Below are positions 33,848 to 34,475 of a stretch of DNA of 34,475 bases, in pieces. A model generated the notes under the pieces. The model was not told the origin of the DNA. It ran no database searches and worked only from the letters and a program-made list of their open reading frames with translations. A program made the translations under genes and the position numbers. The stretch is from a virus (taxonomy: Duplodnaviria; Caudoviricetes): IMG/VR virus record IMGVR_UViG_3300032218_004045, positions 1-34,475 of that record. One strand, 5' to 3'. The stretch's first letter is position 1. The number at the start of each line of letters is the position of its first letter.

Positions 33848-34016
33848 AGAAGAATCAGACAGAAACGCAGCGATAGTTTATGTTCTTAGGGTGCTTAAAA
33901 ACCCAATGATGATCAGGAGTCCTGCTAAAAAAGACGCATTGACTTTAGCAGAGAAGTATGGTATAACGGTGACTGATTTGATTAGTGGGTATGAAAAGAT
34001 AGTGATGAGGATATAA
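33840..34016 (+). CDS. Hypothetical protein
   Basis: GGAGG RBS before ATG 33840. Confidence 0.65.
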   Translation: MNKEESDRNAAIVYVLRVLKNPMMIRSPAKKDALTLAEKYGITVTDLISGYEKIVMRI

Positions 34017-34019
34017 AGT

Positions 34020-34247
34020 ATGAGATGGAATCCTAATGAGCCGATTACACCGGGATATTATCTGTGTGCTGCTGTTGGATATAACAGACCAATAATGTTG
34101 TGTTGGGATATTGACAATAAAGAATGGGGCGAATGGACTCATGGTGAGTATGATGATGGGATACTTCAATGGGAACCATTTGAAAAGTCTGAGGTTAAGT
34201 ATCATATGGGACTGAATGAAATTTCTATGCCGGAGGGTTGGGTATGA
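34020..34247 (+). CDS. Hypothetical protein
   Basis: GAGGA RBS, Trp-rich phage-type ORF. Confidence 0.7.
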   Translation: MRWNPNEPITPGYYLCAAVGYNRPIMLCWDIDNKEWGEWTHGEYDDGILQWEPFEKSEVKYHMGLNEISMPEGWV

Positions 34248-34369
34248 TCTACTTAAATATTAACGAGATTGAAAGGTTGGCCGAAATTGTGGCCGAACTG
34301 GTTAAGTTGGATATGTGTGTTATTGCTGAGTTGAAGGGGACTAAGTGGAGTATTGAGGTAACTAAATAA
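34244..34369 (+). CDS. Hypothetical protein (41 aa)
   Basis: GGAGG RBS, ATGA coupling. Confidence 0.6.
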   Translation: MIYLNINEIERLAEIVAELVKLDMCVIAELKGTKWSIEVTK

Positions 34370-34475
34370 TGGAATGGATTAGTTTTTTTGAACGACAACC
34401 AGAAGATGGACAGGGTATTTGGTATTATGGTGAACATATTGGTGTGTGGGCTGGAGAGTATTCTTATTCTCCGAA
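34369..34475 (+). CDS. DUF551-like protein, truncated by window end
   Basis: MEWISFFERQPE start resembles WISxxERLPE; TAATG coupling. Confidence 0.5.
   Translation, partial: MEWISFFERQPEDGQGIWYYGEHIGVWAGEYSYSP

Noticed and set aside
22937-34437. Minus-strand ORFs in the early region
   Set aside because: They overlap plus-strand genes that have promoters and RBSs, and cross repeat elements without RBSs of their own
1-34475. Stop-codon reassignment
   Set aside because: Long genes are intact in the standard code; TGA and TAA end many genes and TAG ends 32452-32631

Overview
This window is part of a large, AT-rich tailed dsDNA phage (Caudoviricetes) genome. The host is tentatively Planctomycetota, from a planctomycete-type N-terminal motif on a phage subtilisin. 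(1) 1-18.6 kb, minus strand, is a late/virion module. In transcription order: sigma-70-like factor, candidate TerS, GDP-mannose 4,6-dehydratase, HNH and ERCC4 nucleases, TerL, portal, prohead protease with a nested scaffold start, head decoration protein, major capsid protein plus terminator, a long tail fibre, and two paralogous GDPH/poly-Thr proteins (the complete one also has LamG domains). (2) 18.7-22.8 kb, plus strand, holds an AT-hook protein, a small exported protein, GlmS and an S8 protease. (3) 22.9-34.5 kb, plus strand, is an early/accessory region of about 40 small ORFs driven by about 20 near-consensus sigma-70 promoters. It is cut into units by ten copies of a 78-bp element of fixed geometry (25-bp palindrome, 28-bp GC-rich directional core, 25-bp palindrome), four of them next to sigma-54-consensus sites. 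It also carries a ~670-nt promoter-driven array of five folded RNA domains separated mostly by AATACAA linkers. The element array and the RNA array are the best candidates for undescribed systems. All calls come from reading motifs by eye; no searches or folding programs were run.
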